Assembly: GCA_963750165.1 (NCBI GenBank)
Contig: CAVVPN010000001.1
Span: 439,963-503,962, forward strand
Origin: an uncultured Gemmataceae bacterium
GTDB taxonomy: Bacteria; Planctomycetota; Planctomycetia; Gemmatales; Gemmataceae
Reading direction: 5' to 3'
DNA length: 64,000 nucleotides
The notes beneath the pieces are model-generated. The model saw only the letters and a list, made by a program, of their open reading frames with translations. It ran no database searches and was not told the DNA's origin. Both the position numbers and the translations under genes were made by a program. This document shows positions 52,342 to 64,000 of this stretch, in pieces. Positions within the stretch are counted from its first letter, which is position 1. The number at the start of each line of letters is the position of its first letter.

Positions 52342-53085
52342 TCACGTGAACCACAAATCGTGGCACGCTTGCTCGTAGCTCTGCTCCAGATCGAGCGGAA
52401 TGACCAGCGCGTCCGCCAACCACAGCGGCAGCGTCGGCAGCGGCTGGCCGATGGTCAGAGTGTGGGACCAGGCCTTCAGTCGCGCGCGCGTGCCCTTCGT
52501 CACCCAGCGGCAGGAGGCCGCGTAGGTCGCTGGTTCGTCGGCCGTCATGAACGGGTCCGGATGGCCGATGAACGCCATCAACTGGGCGTACAGGTTGAAA
52601 CGCCGAATCGTGACGAGATCGACGATACTGACGGCGACGCCCTTGCGCAGCAGGGCGGCGCACTTCGCGACAAAGGCCTCCCGCGACTCTCGGCGATCCT
52701 TGTTCGCCGGGCTAACGAATTCGACTGCGGCGACCAGTTGGCGTTCGCGCTCGACATCGAAGATGCGGACCTCGTACTCGAACTCGTCGGGCGGTTCCGT
52801 ATCAACTACGACCGCTGGAAGGGTGGCGGTCCAGACCGCGGTTGCCGTGCCGCCATTGCCGTTACCGTTGCCGCTTGACGCCACCACTCGCGGCGGGTCG
52901 TCCGATTCCAGTGCCCCCACCTCGATCTCCATCAGGGTGCCCAGGTGGACGCGCGGCTCGGCGACGAAACCGGGCGGAAGTTGATTCCGCAACTGCTGGA
53001 CGATGCAAGTCGGCCACATGGCGTGGAAGCCCTCCCACGACGATTTCTTGCTCACCGGGGGTCGAAAATGATCGCGGACTGGCAT
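52342..53085 (-). CDS. DUF4058-family protein
   Basis: WEGFHAMW, LVAAVEFVSPANK, LPTLPLWL...LDLEQSYE. Confidence 0.85.
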   Translation of the reverse strand: MPVRDHFRPPVSKKSSWEGFHAMWPTCIVQQLRNQLPPGFVAEPRVHLGTLMEIEVGALESDDPPRVVASSGNGNGNGGTATAVWTATLPAVVVDTEPPDEFEYEVRIFDVERERQLVAAVEFVSPANKDRRESREAFVAKCAALLRKGVAVSIVDLVTIRRFNLYAQLMAFIGHPDPFMTADEPATYAASCRWVTKGTRARLKAWSHTLTIGQPLPTLPLWLADALVIPLDLEQSYEQACHDLWFT

Positions 53086-53181
53086 GGGATCCTCCTTCAA
53101 CACCACTGTATCACGATGACCCTCCCTTTTTCTTCCCCGGTAGGGGGGCTCGGGTGGCTTCTTCGCCTCAACATACGGCCG

Positions 53182-56100
53182 TCAGTTCTTCTCCTGTTTG
53201 GGTGACTTCGCCTGTTCGCGCACGGTCAGGGTGAAGGCGCCGGCGCCCTGGTTGAACGCGGTCGCCTGGACGCGGTAGGTGCCGGCCTGCGCGGCGCGGA
53301 AGGTTATGCGCGCGTTGAGGCCGCCGCCGCTGTCGTCGTCCTCGGCCAGCTTCTTGCCGGCGGCATCGGTGAGCACCAGGTACGGGTCGAGCGCTTTCGG
53401 GTTGGGGCTGACCATGTCGATGACGTAGGTCTTGCCGGCCGCCAGCTTGATCTGGTAGACCAGGGCGGGGGTTTGCTTGTCGAGCTGGCCGCGCAGTTCC
53501 AGGCCCTTGCCGACTTCGTGAACGGGGCCGACCAACTTCGGCGGCGGGATCCGCTTCTCCAGGTTCGCGACCAGCTTCTTGAAGTCGTCCCTGCCGCGCA
53601 GCGGGTCGAGGTCGGTGTCCGTCTTCAGGTGGGCGGCGTCCTTCCACCCCGCCTTCACCGCCTGCTGCAGAAGCTCCATCGCCCGGTCGGCGTATTCGGC
53701 CTTCTTCTCGGCGATCTTGCCGCTGGCCACGGCGTACACGCAGGCGAAGTCGTACCACTGGCCGACGTTCCAGTTCGACGATTTCGTCAACTCGGCGGCC
53801 TCGGCCACCGCTTCGGTCACCATCCCAGCTTGCAGCCGCGACGTGGCCCGGCGCGCGCGAAAGAACGGTTGCTGGGCGGGCGGGCTGAGCGCGATCGCCC
53901 GGTCCCAGTCCTTCACCGCCGCGGCGAACTTCTGGAGCCGGTCGTGAGCCCGGGCACGGCCCCAGTGGCTGTTCAGCAGGAATTGCCTGGCGGTGACGTC
54001 GCGCGGCTCCTTCTGGTGAACGGCTTGCAAACAGTTGATGGCCCGGCCGAACCATTTCAGACTCCCGGCCGGATCGCCGCTATCGCGGATCAAGCTGCCG
54101 AAGTTGCAGTTACTGCCACCGAGATCGACCTGATACGCGGGCACGGCGGGGAAGTCGGCGGCCAGTTTCTCCTGGATCGCCAGGGCCTTACGGTACTGCT
54201 CCGCCGCCGCCGCACCCTGGCCGAGACCAGCGAGCAGGAGCCCCAGGTTGTTGTGGCTTTTGGCCAGATCCCGGCGATAGTCGGGCACGGCGGGGAAGTC
54301 GGCGGCCAGTTTCTCCTGGATCGCCAGGGCCTGGCGGTACTGCTCCTCCGCCGCCGCACGCTGGCCGAGACCGGCGAGCAGGACCCCCAGGTTGCCGTGG
54401 CTCCCAGCCAGTTCCTGGCGATACGCGGGCACGGCGGGGAAGTCGGCGGCCAGTTTCTCCCGGATCGCCAGGGCCTGGCGGTACTGCTCCGCCGCCGCCG
54501 CACCCTGGCCGAGACCGGCGAGCAGGACCCCCAGGTTGTTGTGGCTCAGGGCTAGTGACTGGCGATAGTCGGGCGCGGCGAGGAAGTCGGCGGCCAGTTT
54601 CTCCTGGATCGCCAGGGCCTTACGGTACTGCTCCGCCGCCGCCGCACCCTGGCCGAGACCAGCGAGCAGGAGCCCCAGGTTGTTGTGGCTCACGGCCAGT
54701 TCCTGGCGATACGCGGGCACGGCGGGGAAGTCGGCGGCGAGTTTCTCATCGATCGCCAGGGCCTGGCGGTATTGCTCCTCCGCCGCCGCACGCTGGCCGA
54801 GATCTCTGAGCAGGAGCCCCAGGTTGTTGTGGCTCACGGCCAGTTTCTGGCGGTACTCGGGCACGGCGGGGAAGTCGGCGGCCAGTTTCTCCCGGATCGC
54901 CAGGGCCTGGCGGACCTGCTCCGCCGCCGCCGCACGCCGGCCGAGATCTCTGAGCAGGATCCCCAGGTTGTTGTGGCTCCCGGCCAGTTCCTGGCGATAC
55001 GCGGGCACGGCGGGGAAGTCGGCGGCCAGTTTCTCCTGGATCGCCAGGGCCTTACGGTACTGCTCCGCCGCCGCCGCACCCTGGCCGAGACCAGCGAGCA
55101 GGAGCCCCAGGCCGTAGTGGCTCACGGCCAGGTCCGAGCGATACTCGGGCACGGCGGGGAACTCGGCGGCGAGCGACGCGTAGCCATCCCGAGCGATGCG
55201 GATAGCCGCTGCCGATTCCTCCTTCCGCCCCAGGCGGTACTCGATCGTTCCCACGCGATACGCGGTCCGTGCGTGGCGCGCGCGGGAGCGTTCGTCGTCG
55301 GGATTCTCGCCGGCGAACTCGCGGTAGTAGCCCAGCACACTCTCCAGGAACTTCTTCTGCTCCGCGCTGATCTCCTTCTGCGTGGCCAGCGAATCGCCGG
55401 TGACGTCCGAGACCATGGCGTCCAGCACGGCGCGGGTGCGGTCGCGGGCCTTCTCGGCCGCGGCCCGCTGGGTCGCCTCCCGTTCCCTGGCCGTCTTCTC
55501 CCTGGCCGCCGCCGCTTTCTCCTTCCCCGCCGCCTCTTTCTCCTTGACCGCCGACTCCTGGGCCGCGAGCTTCGCCGCGCGCTCCTTCGCCTCGGCGTGC
55601 TCGGCCGCGGTGCGGGCGGCCTGGGCGGCGGCGTTGGCGTCGCGCTCCTTCTGGGCGGCCGCGGTCGCCTGCACCAGGCCGAGGCTCGTGCCGACCACCC
55701 CGCCCACCAGCGCCAGCAGCACCAGACTCGCCGCCAGCACCTGCCCCTTGTGCCGGCGGACGAACTTCTGCAGCCGATACCCCGCGCTCGGCGGCCGGGC
55801 CTCCACCACCTCATCCGCGAGGTAGCGCTGGACGTCGCGGGCCAGCCCGTTGGCCGTGTCGTAGCGCCGGCTGCGGTCCTTCTCCAGCGCCTTGAGCACC
55901 AGCCAGTCGAGTTCGCCTTTCAGCAACTTCGACAGCTTCGCCGGCTCGGTCCCGCGGTTGGCGGCGACGCTCGGCAGGGTGTCGGTGGTGCTCAGCCGGG
56001 CGCTCGGCTTCGGGGCCTCGACTTCGCGGACGATCCGCAGGATTTCCAGCAGCGCCGCTTTGCCAAGGGCTTTCCTGTCCACCGGCGTGGTGCCGGTGAG

Positions 56101-56976
56101 CAGTTCGTACAGCAGCACGCCGAGCGAATACACGTCACTGCGCGTGTCGATGTCCAGGTTGTTCAGGTTCGCCTGTTCCGGCGACATGTACTCCGGCGTG
56201 CCGACCACCGCCCCGAAGCCGGTCATCAGCGTCCTGTCCGTCAGCGCTGGCCCGGCGGCCTTCGCCACGCCGAAGTCGATCACCTTCGGCACCGGCCGGT
56301 CGTCGTACAGCGCGATCAGCACGTTGGACGGCTTGATGTCGCGGTGGATGATGCCCTTCTGATGGGCGTGCTGGATGGCCTGGCACACCGGCACGAACAG
56401 TTCCAGCCGCTGCCGCGGGGTCAGCTTGCGCTCGTCGCAGAACTTGGTGATGGGCTGCCCCTTGACCAGTTCCATGACGAAGAACGGCCGGCCCGATGCC
56501 GTGGTGCCGGCGTCAAGCACCCGGGCGATGTTCGGGTGGTCCATCATGGCCAGGGCCTGCCGCTCGGCTTCAAACCGGGCGAGCACCGCCCTGGAGTCCA
56601 TGCCGGCCTTGATGACCTTGACCGCCACGGCCCGCTTCACCGGTTCGGTCTGCTGGGCCATGAAGACGCTGCCCATGCCGCCCTCGCCGATCTGCTCGAT
56701 CAACTTGTACTTGCCGGCGAGGACCGCGCCGACGCGCTCGTCCTTGCCGGGGAAGTCGGCCGTCGGTTCGGGGTTGCTGCCGTCGGCGCCGCCGAACGAC
56801 GCGGTCCCCTCGTGCGCCACCGCCAGGTCGTTCGCGACCAGCAGCGCGTTGATGCGGGCGCGGAGGGCCGCGTCCTCCCGGCAGCGGTCGCTCACGAGCG
56901 CCGCGCGGGCGGCCGGGTCGTCGAGCGCGGCGGCTTCGAGGAAGATGGCTTTCACGACGGCGGGGTCGGCGGGCAT
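53182..56976 (-). CDS. Ser/Thr kinase-TM-TPR(7x48 aa)-PPC protein, copy 1
   Basis: IGEGGMG, HRDIKPSN, DFG, YMSPEQ; TM helix; TPR array; PPC-like DPYLVL...EDDDSGGGLNARI. Confidence 0.95.
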   Translation of the reverse strand: MPADPAVVKAIFLEAAALDDPAARAALVSDRCREDAALRARINALLVANDLAVAHEGTASFGGADGSNPEPTADFPGKDERVGAVLAGKYKLIEQIGEGGMGSVFMAQQTEPVKRAVAVKVIKAGMDSRAVLARFEAERQALAMMDHPNIARVLDAGTTASGRPFFVMELVKGQPITKFCDERKLTPRQRLELFVPVCQAIQHAHQKGIIHRDIKPSNVLIALYDDRPVPKVIDFGVAKAAGPALTDRTLMTGFGAVVGTPEYMSPEQANLNNLDIDTRSDVYSLGVLLYELLTGTTPVDRKALGKAALLEILRIVREVEAPKPSARLSTTDTLPSVAANRGTEPAKLSKLLKGELDWLVLKALEKDRSRRYDTANGLARDVQRYLADEVVEARPPSAGYRLQKFVRRHKGQVLAASLVLLALVGGVVGTSLGLVQATAAAQKERDANAAAQAARTAAEHAEAKERAAKLAAQESAVKEKEAAGKEKAAAAREKTAREREATQRAAAEKARDRTRAVLDAMVSDVTGDSLATQKEISAEQKKFLESVLGYYREFAGENPDDERSRARHARTAYRVGTIEYRLGRKEESAAAIRIARDGYASLAAEFPAVPEYRSDLAVSHYGLGLLLAGLGQGAAAAEQYRKALAIQEKLAADFPAVPAYRQELAGSHNNLGILLRDLGRRAAAAEQVRQALAIREKLAADFPAVPEYRQKLAVSHNNLGLLLRDLGQRAAAEEQYRQALAIDEKLAADFPAVPAYRQELAVSHNNLGLLLAGLGQGAAAAEQYRKALAIQEKLAADFLAAPDYRQSLALSHNNLGVLLAGLGQGAAAAEQYRQALAIREKLAADFPAVPAYRQELAGSHGNLGVLLAGLGQRAAAEEQYRQALAIQEKLAADFPAVPDYRRDLAKSHNNLGLLLAGLGQGAAAAEQYRKALAIQEKLAADFPAVPAYQVDLGGSNCNFGSLIRDSGDPAGSLKWFGRAINCLQAVHQKEPRDVTARQFLLNSHWGRARAHDRLQKFAAAVKDWDRAIALSPPAQQPFFRARRATSRLQAGMVTEAVAEAAELTKSSNWNVGQWYDFACVYAVASGKIAEKKAEYADRAMELLQQAVKAGWKDAAHLKTDTDLDPLRGRDDFKKLVANLEKRIPPPKLVGPVHEVGKGLELRGQLDKQTPALVYQIKLAAGKTYVIDMVSPNPKALDPYLVLTDAAGKKLAEDDDSGGGLNARITFRAAQAGTYRVQATAFNQGAGAFTLTVREQAKSPKQEKN
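54140..55160 (-). repeat. 144-bp tandem repeat x7
   Basis: GAAGTCGGCGGCCAGTTTCTC recurs at 54151, 54295, ... Confidence 0.9.
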
Positions 56977-57137
56977 GGGAAGTCCTCCTGGGGGTTCACC
57001 TACGGCAAGAGCAAGGGGCCGGCCTGGTCAACGGGGCACGGCTCGGGAGAGCCGTGCCCCGCACGGCATTTTCCCGCCGGGGGCATCGTTAGCGCGGGAC
57101 CGGTCGGCCGCGGGTCCCGGTCGTGGCCGCGCGGTCG

Positions 57138-60100
57138 CTATTTCTTCTGCTCTTGCGGTGCCTGCGCCTGTTCGCGCACGCTCAGGGTGAAGGCGCCGGC
57201 GCCCTGGTTGAACGCGGTCGCCTGGACGCGGTAGGTGCCGGCCTGCGCGGCGCGGAAGGTTATGCGGCGCGTTGCGGCCGCCGCCGCTGTCGTCGTCCTC
57301 GGCCAGCTTCTTGCCGGTGGCGTCCATGAGCACCAGGTAAGGATCGAGCGCCTTCTGGTCGGGGCTGACCATGTCGATCACGTAGGTCTTGCCGGCCGCC
57401 AACTTCACCTGGTAGACGAGGGCGGGGGTTTGCTTGTCGAGCTGGCCGCGCAGTTCCAGGCCCTTGCCGACTTCGTGCACGGGGCCGACCACCTTCGGCG
57501 GCGGGAACCGCTTCTCCAGGTCCGCGACCAGCTTCATGAAGTCGGCCCTGTCCGCGCAGCGGGTCGAGGTCGGTGTCCGTCTTCAGGTGGGCGGCGTCCT
57601 TCCACCCCGCCTTCACCGCCTGCTGCAGAAGCGCCATCGCCCGGTCGGCGTATTCGGCCTTCTTGTCGGCGATCTTGCCGCTGGCCACGGCGTACACGCA
57701 GGCGAAGTCGTACCACTGGCCGACGTTCCAGTTCGACGACTTCGTCAACTCGGCGGCCTCGGCCACCGCTTCGGTCACCATCCCAGCTTGCAGCCGCGAC
57801 GTGGCCCGGCGCGCGCGAATCTGCGGTTGCTGGGCGGGCGGGCTGAGCGCGATCGCCCGGTCCCAGTCCTTCACCGCCGCGGCGAACTTCTGTAACTGGT
57901 CGTGAGCCAGGGCACGGCCCCCGTGGCTGTTCCGCAAGAATTGCCTGGCGGTGACGTCGCGCGGCTCCTTCTCGTGAACGGGTTGCAAACAGTCGATGGC
58001 CCGGCCGAACCATTGCAGACTCCCGGCCGGATCGCCGCCAGCGCGGATCAAGCTGCCGAAGTTGCCGTAACTGCCACCGAGATCGACTTGATACTCGGGC
58101 ACGGCGGGGAAGTCGGCGGCCAGTTTCTCCCGGATCGCCAGGGCCTGGCGGTACTGCTCCGCCGCCGCCGCACGCTGGCCGAGACCGGCGAGCAGGGCCC
58201 CCAGGTTGTTGTGGCTCCCGGCCAGGTTCCTGGCGATACTCGGGCACGGCGGGGAAGTCGGCGGCCAGTTTCTCAAAGATCGCCAGGGCCTGGCGGCACT
58301 GTTCCGCCGCCGCCGCACGCTGGCCGAGATCGGCGAGCAGGTTCCCCAGGTTGTTGTGGCTCCCGGCCAGGTCCTGGCGATACGCGGGCACGGCGGGGAA
58401 GTCGGCGGCCAGTTTCTCCCGGATCGCCAGGGCCTTGCGGAACTGCTCCGCCGCCGCCGCACCCTGGCCGAGACCGGCGAGCAGGAGCCCCAGGTTGTTG
58501 TGGCTCCGGGCCAGGTCCTGGCGATAGGCGGGCACGGCGGGGAAGTCGGCGGCCAGTTTCTCCCGGATCGCCAGGCCCTTGCGGTACTGCTCCTCCGCCG
58601 CCGCACGCTGGCCGAGACCGGCGAGCAGGTCCCCCAGGTTGTTGTGGCTCAGGGCCAGGTCCTGGCGATAGTCGGGCACGGCGGGGAAGTCGGCGGCCAG
58701 TTTCTCCTGGATCGCCAGGGCCTTGCGGTATTGCTCCTCCGCCGCCGCACCCTGGCCGAGACCTTTGAGCAGGACCCCCAGGTTGTTGTGGCTCACGGCC
58801 AGGTCCTGGCGATATCGGGCACGGCGGGGAAGTCGGCGGCCAGTTTCTCCCGGATCGCCAGGGCCTTGCGGTACTGCTCCGCCGCCGCCGCACCCTGGCC
58901 GAGACCGGCGAGCAGGGCTCCCAGGTTGTTGTGGCTCACGGCCAGGTCCGGGCGATAGTCGGGCACGGCGGGGAAGTCGGCGGCCAGTTTCTCCTGGATC
59001 GCCAGGGCCTTGCGGTACTGCTCCGCCGCCGCCGCACCCTGGCCGAGACCGGCGAGCAGGGCTCCCAGGTTGTTGTGGCTCCGGGCCAGGTGCTGGCGAT
59101 AGTCGGGCACAGCGGGGAAGTCGGCAGCCAGTTTCTCCCGGATCGCCAGGGCCTTGCGGTACTGCTCCTCCGCCGCCGCACGCTGGCCGAGACCGTTGAG
59201 CAGGAGCCCCAGGTTGCTGTGGCTCCCGGCCAGGTGCGAGCGATAAGCGGGCACGGCGGGGAAGTCGGCGGCCAGTTTCTCCTGGATCGCCAGGGCCTGG
59301 CGGTACTGCTCCTCCGCCGCCGCACGCTGGCCGAGATCGGTGAGCAGGAGCCCCAGGTTGTAGTGGCTCATGGCCAGTTCCTGGCGATAGTCGGGCACGG
59401 CGGGGAAGTCGGCGGCCAGTTTCTCCCGGATCGCCAGGGCCTGGCGGTACTGCTCCTCCGCCGCCGCACGCTGGCCGAGACCGGCGAGCAGGAGCCCCAG
59501 GTTGTTGTGGCTCCCGGCCAGGTCCGAGCGATACCTGGGCACGGCGGGGAAGTCGGCGGCCAGTTTCTCCTGGATCGCCAGGGCCTTGCGGTACTGCTCC
59601 TCCGCCGCCGCACCCTGACCGAGACCGGCGAGCAGGAGCCCCAGGTTGTTGTGGCTCCCGGCCAGGTCCGAGCGATAAGCGGGCACGGCGGGGAAGTCGG
59701 CGGCCAGTTTCTCCTGGATCGCCAGGGCCTGGCGGTACTGCTCCGCCGCCGCCGCACCCTGGCCGAGATCCACGAGCAGGATCCCCAGGTTGCCGTGGCT
59801 CCGGGCCAGGTAATAGCGATAGTCGGGCACAGCGGGGAACTCGGCGGCGAGCGACGCGTAGCCATCCCGAGCGATGCGGATAGCCGCTGCCGATTCCTCC
59901 TTCCGCCCCAGGCGGTACTCGATCGTTCCTACGCGATACGCGGCCTTTGCATGGTGCGCGCGGGAGCGTTCATCGTCGGGATTCTCGCCGGCGAACTCGC
60001 GGTAGTAGCCGAGCACGCTCTCCAGGAACTTCTTCTGCTCCGCGCTGATCGCCTTCTGCGTGGTCAGCGAATCGCCGGTGACGTCCGAGACCATGGCGTC

Positions 60101-61654
60101 CAGCACGTCGCGGGTGCGGTCGCGGGCCTTCTCGGCCGCGGCCCGCTGGGTCGCCTCCTGCTCCCGGGCCGACTTCTCCCGGGCCGCCGCCGCTTTCTCC
60201 TTCGCCGCCGCCTCTTTCTCCTTGACCGCCGACTCCTGGGCCGCGACCTTCGCCGCGCGCTCCTTCGCCTCGGCGTGCTCGGCCGCGGTGCGGGCGGCCT
60301 GGGCGGCGGCGTTGGCGTCGCGCTCCTTCTGGGCGGCCGCGGTCGCCTGCACCAGGCCGAGGGTCGTGCCGACCACCCCGCCCACCAGCGCCAGCAGCAC
60401 CAGACTCGCCGCCAGCACCTGCCCCTTGTGCCGGCGGACGAACTTCTGCAGCCGATACCCCGCGCTCGGCGGCCGGGCCTCCACCACCTCATCCGCGAGG
60501 TAGCGCTGGATGTCGCGGGCCAGCCCGTTGGCCGTGTCGTAGCGCCGCGTGCGGTCCTTCTCCAGCGCCTTGAGCACCAGCCAGTCGAGTTCGCCTTGCA
60601 GCAACTTCGACAGCTTCGCCGGCTCGGTGCCGCGGTTGGCGGCGACGCTCGGCAGGGCGTCCGCCGTGCTCAATCGTTGGCTCGGCTTCGGGGCCTCGAC
60701 CTCGCGGACGATCCGCAGGATTTCCAGCAGCGCCGCCTTGCCGAGGCTCTTGCGGTCCACCGGCGTGGTGCCGGTCAGCAGTTCGTAGAGCAGCACGCCG
60801 AGCGAGTACACGTCGCTGCGCGTGTCGATGTCCAGGTTGTTCAGGTTCGCCTGCTCCGGCGACATGTACTCCGGCGTGCCGACCACCGCCCCGAAGCCGG
60901 TCATTAGCGTCCTGTCGGTCAGCGCTGGCCCGGTGGCCTTCGCCACGCCGAAGTCGATCACCTTGGGCACCGGCCGGTCGTCGTACAGCGCGATCAGCAC
61001 GTTCGACGGCTTGACGTCGCGGTGGATGATGCCCTTCTGGTGGGCGTGCTGGATGGCCTGGCACACCGGCACGAACAGCTCCAGCCGTTGCCGCGGCGTC
61101 AGCTTGCGCTCGTCGCAGAACTCGGTGATGGGCTGCCCCTTGACCAGTTCCATGACGAAGAACGGCCGGCCCGATGCCGTGGTGCCGGCATCAAGCACCC
61201 TGGCGATGTTCGGGTGATCCATCATGGCCAGGGCCTGCCGCTCGGCTTCAAACCGGGCGAGCACCGCCCTGGAGTCCATGCCGGCCTTGATGACCTTGAC
61301 CGCCACGGCCCGCTTCACCGGCTCGGTCTGCTGGGCCAGGAAGACGCTGCCCATGCCGCCTTCGCCGATCAGCTCGATCAGCTTGTACTTGCCGGCGAGG
61401 ACCGCGCCGACGCGCTCGTCCTTGCCGGGGAAGTCGGCCGTCGGTTCGGGGTCGCTGCCGTTCGCGCCGCCGAACGACGCGGTTTCCTCGTGCGGCACCG
61501 CCAGGTCGTTCGCGGCCAGCAGCGCGTTGACGCGGGCGAGGAGTGCCGCGTCCTCCCGGCAGCGGTCGTTCACGAGCGCCGCGCGGGCGGCCGGGTCGTC
61601 GAGCGCGGCGGCTTCGAGGAAGATGGCTTTCACGGCGGCGGCGTCGGCGGGCAT
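57138..61654 (-). CDS. Ser/Thr kinase-TM-TPR(12x48 aa)-PPC protein, copy 2 (several frameshifts)
   Basis: Near-identical to copy 1; pieces 58793..61654, 57534..58796, 57260..58606, 57028..57537; stop TAG 57138-57140. Confidence 0.9.
58100..59840 (-). repeat. 144-bp tandem repeat x12
   Basis: Same unit, counted from translation. Confidence 0.88.
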
Positions 61655-61807
61655 GGGAAGTCCTCCTGGGGGTTCACCTACGGCAAGATCAAGGGGCCGG
61701 CCTGGTCAACGTGACGGCTCGGGAGAGCGGCCGCACGGCATTTTCCGCCGGGGAATCGTTACCGCGGGACCGGTCGGCCGCGGGTCCCGTTCGTGGCCGT
61801 GCGGCCG

Positions 61808-64000
61808 TTAGTGCTTCTCCGCTTGCGGTGCCTGCGCCTGTTCGCGCACGCTCAGGGTGAAGGCGCCGGCGCCCTGGTTGAACGCGGTCGCCTGGACGCG
61901 GTAGGTGCCGGCCTGCGCGGCGCGGAAGGTTATGCGCGCGTTGAGGCCGCCGCCGCTGTCGTCGTCCTCGGCCAGCTTCTTGCCGGTGGCGTCCATGAGG
62001 ATCAGGTAGGGATCGAGCGCTTTTTGGTTGGGGCTGACCATATCGATGACGTAGGTCTTGCCGGCCGCCAGCTTGACCTGGTAGACGAGGGCGGGGGTTT
62101 GCTGGTCGAGCTGGCCGCGCAGTTCCAGGCCCTTGCCGACCTCGTGCACGGGGCCGACCAACTTCGGCGGCGGGATCCGCTTCTCCAGGTTCGCGACCAG
62201 CTTCTTGAAGTCGTCCCTTCCGCGCAGCGGGTCGAGGTCGGTGTCCGTCTTCAGGTGGGCGGCGTCCTTCCACCCCGCCTTCACCGCCTGCTGCAGAAGC
62301 TCCATTGCCCGGTCGGCGTATTCGGCCTTCTTGTCGGCGATCTTGCCGCTGGCCACGGCGTACACGCAGGCGAAGTCGTACCACTGGCCGACGTTCCAGT
62401 TCGACGATTTCGTCAACTCGGCGGCCTCGACCACCGCTTCGGTCACCATCCCAGCTTGCAGCCGCGACGTGGCCCGGCGCGCGCAAGCTGCGGTTGCTGG
62501 GCGGGCGGGCTGAGCGCGATCGCCCGGTCCCAGTCCTTCACCGCCTCGGCGAACTTCTGGAGCCGGTCGTGAGCCAGGGCACGGTTCACGTGGCTGGTCC
62601 GCAAGTATTGCCTGGCGGTGACGTCGCGCGGCTCCTTCTCGTGAACGGGTTGCAAACAGTCGATGGCCCGGCCGTACCATTTCAAACTCTCGGCCGGATC
62701 TCCGCCAGCGAGGATCAAGTTGCCGAAGTTGCCGTAACTGCCACCGAGTGCGACCTGATAGTCGGGCACGGCGGGGAAGTCGGCGGCCAGTTTCTCAAAG
62801 ATCGCCAGGCCCTTGCGGAACTGCTCCGCCGCCGCCGCACGCTGGCCGAGACCGGCGAGCAGGTTTCCCAGGTTGAGGTGGCTCCCGGCCAGTTCCCGGC
62901 GATACTCGGGGACGGCGGGGAAGTCGGCGGCCAGTTTCTCAAAGATCGCCAGGGCCTTGCGGTACTGCTCGTCCGCCGCCGCACGCTGGCCGAGACCGGC
63001 GAGCAGGAACCCCAGGTTGTTGTGGCTCCCGGCCAGGTCCTGGCGATAGTCGGGCACGGCGGGGAAGTCGGCGGCCAGTTTCTCCTGGATCGCCAGGGCC
63101 TGGCGGACCTGGTCCTCCGCCGCCGCACGCTGGCCGAGATCGGCGAGCAGGAACCCCAGGTTGTTGTGGCTCCCGGCCAGTTCCTGGCGATACGCGGGCA
63201 CGGCGGGGAAGTCGGCGGCCAGTTTCTCCTGGATCGCCAGGGCCTTACGGTACTGCTCCGCCGCCGCCGCACCCTGGCCGAGACCAGCGAGCAGGATCCC
63301 CAGGTTGTTGTGGCTTTTGGCCAGTTCCTGGCGATACGCGGGCACGGCGGGGAAGTCGGCGGCCAGTTTCTCCTGGATCGCCAGGGCCTGGCGGTACTGC
63401 TCCTCCGCCGCCGCACGCTGGCCGAGACCGGCGAGCAGGACCCCCAGGTTGCCGTGGCTCCCAGCCAGTTCCTGGCGATACGCGGGCACGGCGGGGAAGT
63501 CGGCGGCCAGTTTCTCCCGGATCGCCAGGGCCTGGCGGTACTGCTCCGCCGCCGCCGCACCCTGGCCGAGACCGGCGAGCAGGATCCCCAGGTTGTTGTG
63601 GCTCCCGGCCAGTGACTGGCGATAGTCGGGCACGGCGGGGAAGTCGGCGGCCAGTTTCTCCTGGATCGCCAGGGCCTTGCGGTACTGCTCCGCCGCCGCC
63701 GCACCCTGGCCGAGACCGGCGAGCAGGAGCCCCAGGTTGTTGTGGCTCGCGGCCAGGTCCGGCGGTACTCGGGCACGGCGGGGAAGTCGGCGGCCAGTTT
63801 CTCCTGGATCGCCAGGGCCTGGCGGTACTGCTCCTCCGCCGCCGCACCCTGGCCGAGACCGGCGAGCAGGTTCCCCAGGATGTTGTGGCTCCGGGCCAGG
63901 TCCGGCGGTAGTCGGGCACGGCGGGGAAGTCGGCGGCCAGTTTCTCCCGGATCGCCAGGGCCTGGCGGACCTGCTCCGCCGCCGCCGCACCCTGGCCGAG
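61808..64000 (-). CDS. Kinase-TPR-PPC protein, copy 3 (3' part only; at least 8 repeats; frameshifts)
   Basis: Same TPR and PPC tail; 5' part outside the window. Confidence 0.9.
62765..64000 (-). repeat. 144-bp tandem repeat, at least 8 units
   Basis: Same unit, runs off window. Confidence 0.88.

Noticed and set aside
54685..60907. Long plus-strand ORFs (849 aa, 658 aa)
   Set aside because: Antisense shadows of high-GC kinase-TPR genes
54140..64000. Regular repeats as a possible CRISPR array
   Set aside because: Units are 144 bp, in-frame TPR coding repeats without unique spacers; no cas genes

Overview
High-GC bacterial DNA, most likely from a planctomycete (Gemmataceae/Isosphaeraceae-like). 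This is inferred from a DUF4058-type gene, an ECF sigma/Ser-Thr kinase pair and kinase-TPR giant proteins. The window is almost all accessory DNA in four blocks. (1) ~0.57-24.0 kb: a caspase-like (CHAT) protease/kinase signalling or conflict cluster. It holds a STAND-type NTPase-TPR, one intact TPR-CHAT protease, a giant TPR-CHAT lacking the catalytic Cys, a 5'-truncated CHAT, two Ser/Thr kinases with a DUF4384-like tail, an ECF sigma factor, WD40/TPR membrane proteins, several relic C-terminal fragments and an IS630. (2) 24.2-26.8 kb: a 3' half of tRNA-Asp (att site), a terminator, a tyrosine integrase and an excisionase-like HTH protein fused to a ubiquitin-like domain. (3) 27-53 kb: small stress/detox cargo genes with several deletion scars. 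This block includes a DIP1984-like gene followed by a candidate structured ncRNA, two candidate selenoproteins (an ArsM-like enzyme and an unannotated ~59-aa membrane peptide), an ArsR-rhodanese-CoA-disulfide reductase operon split by two tandem ISs (one carrying a MITE), and an IS21 relic. (4) 53-64 kb: three tandem near-identical kinase-TPR(144-bp repeat)-PPC genes with different repeat numbers. Many single-base frameshifts suggest long-read sequencing errors, so pseudogene calls are provisional. No CRISPR array, rRNA or intact tRNA was seen. Family names come from motif recognition, not database searches.
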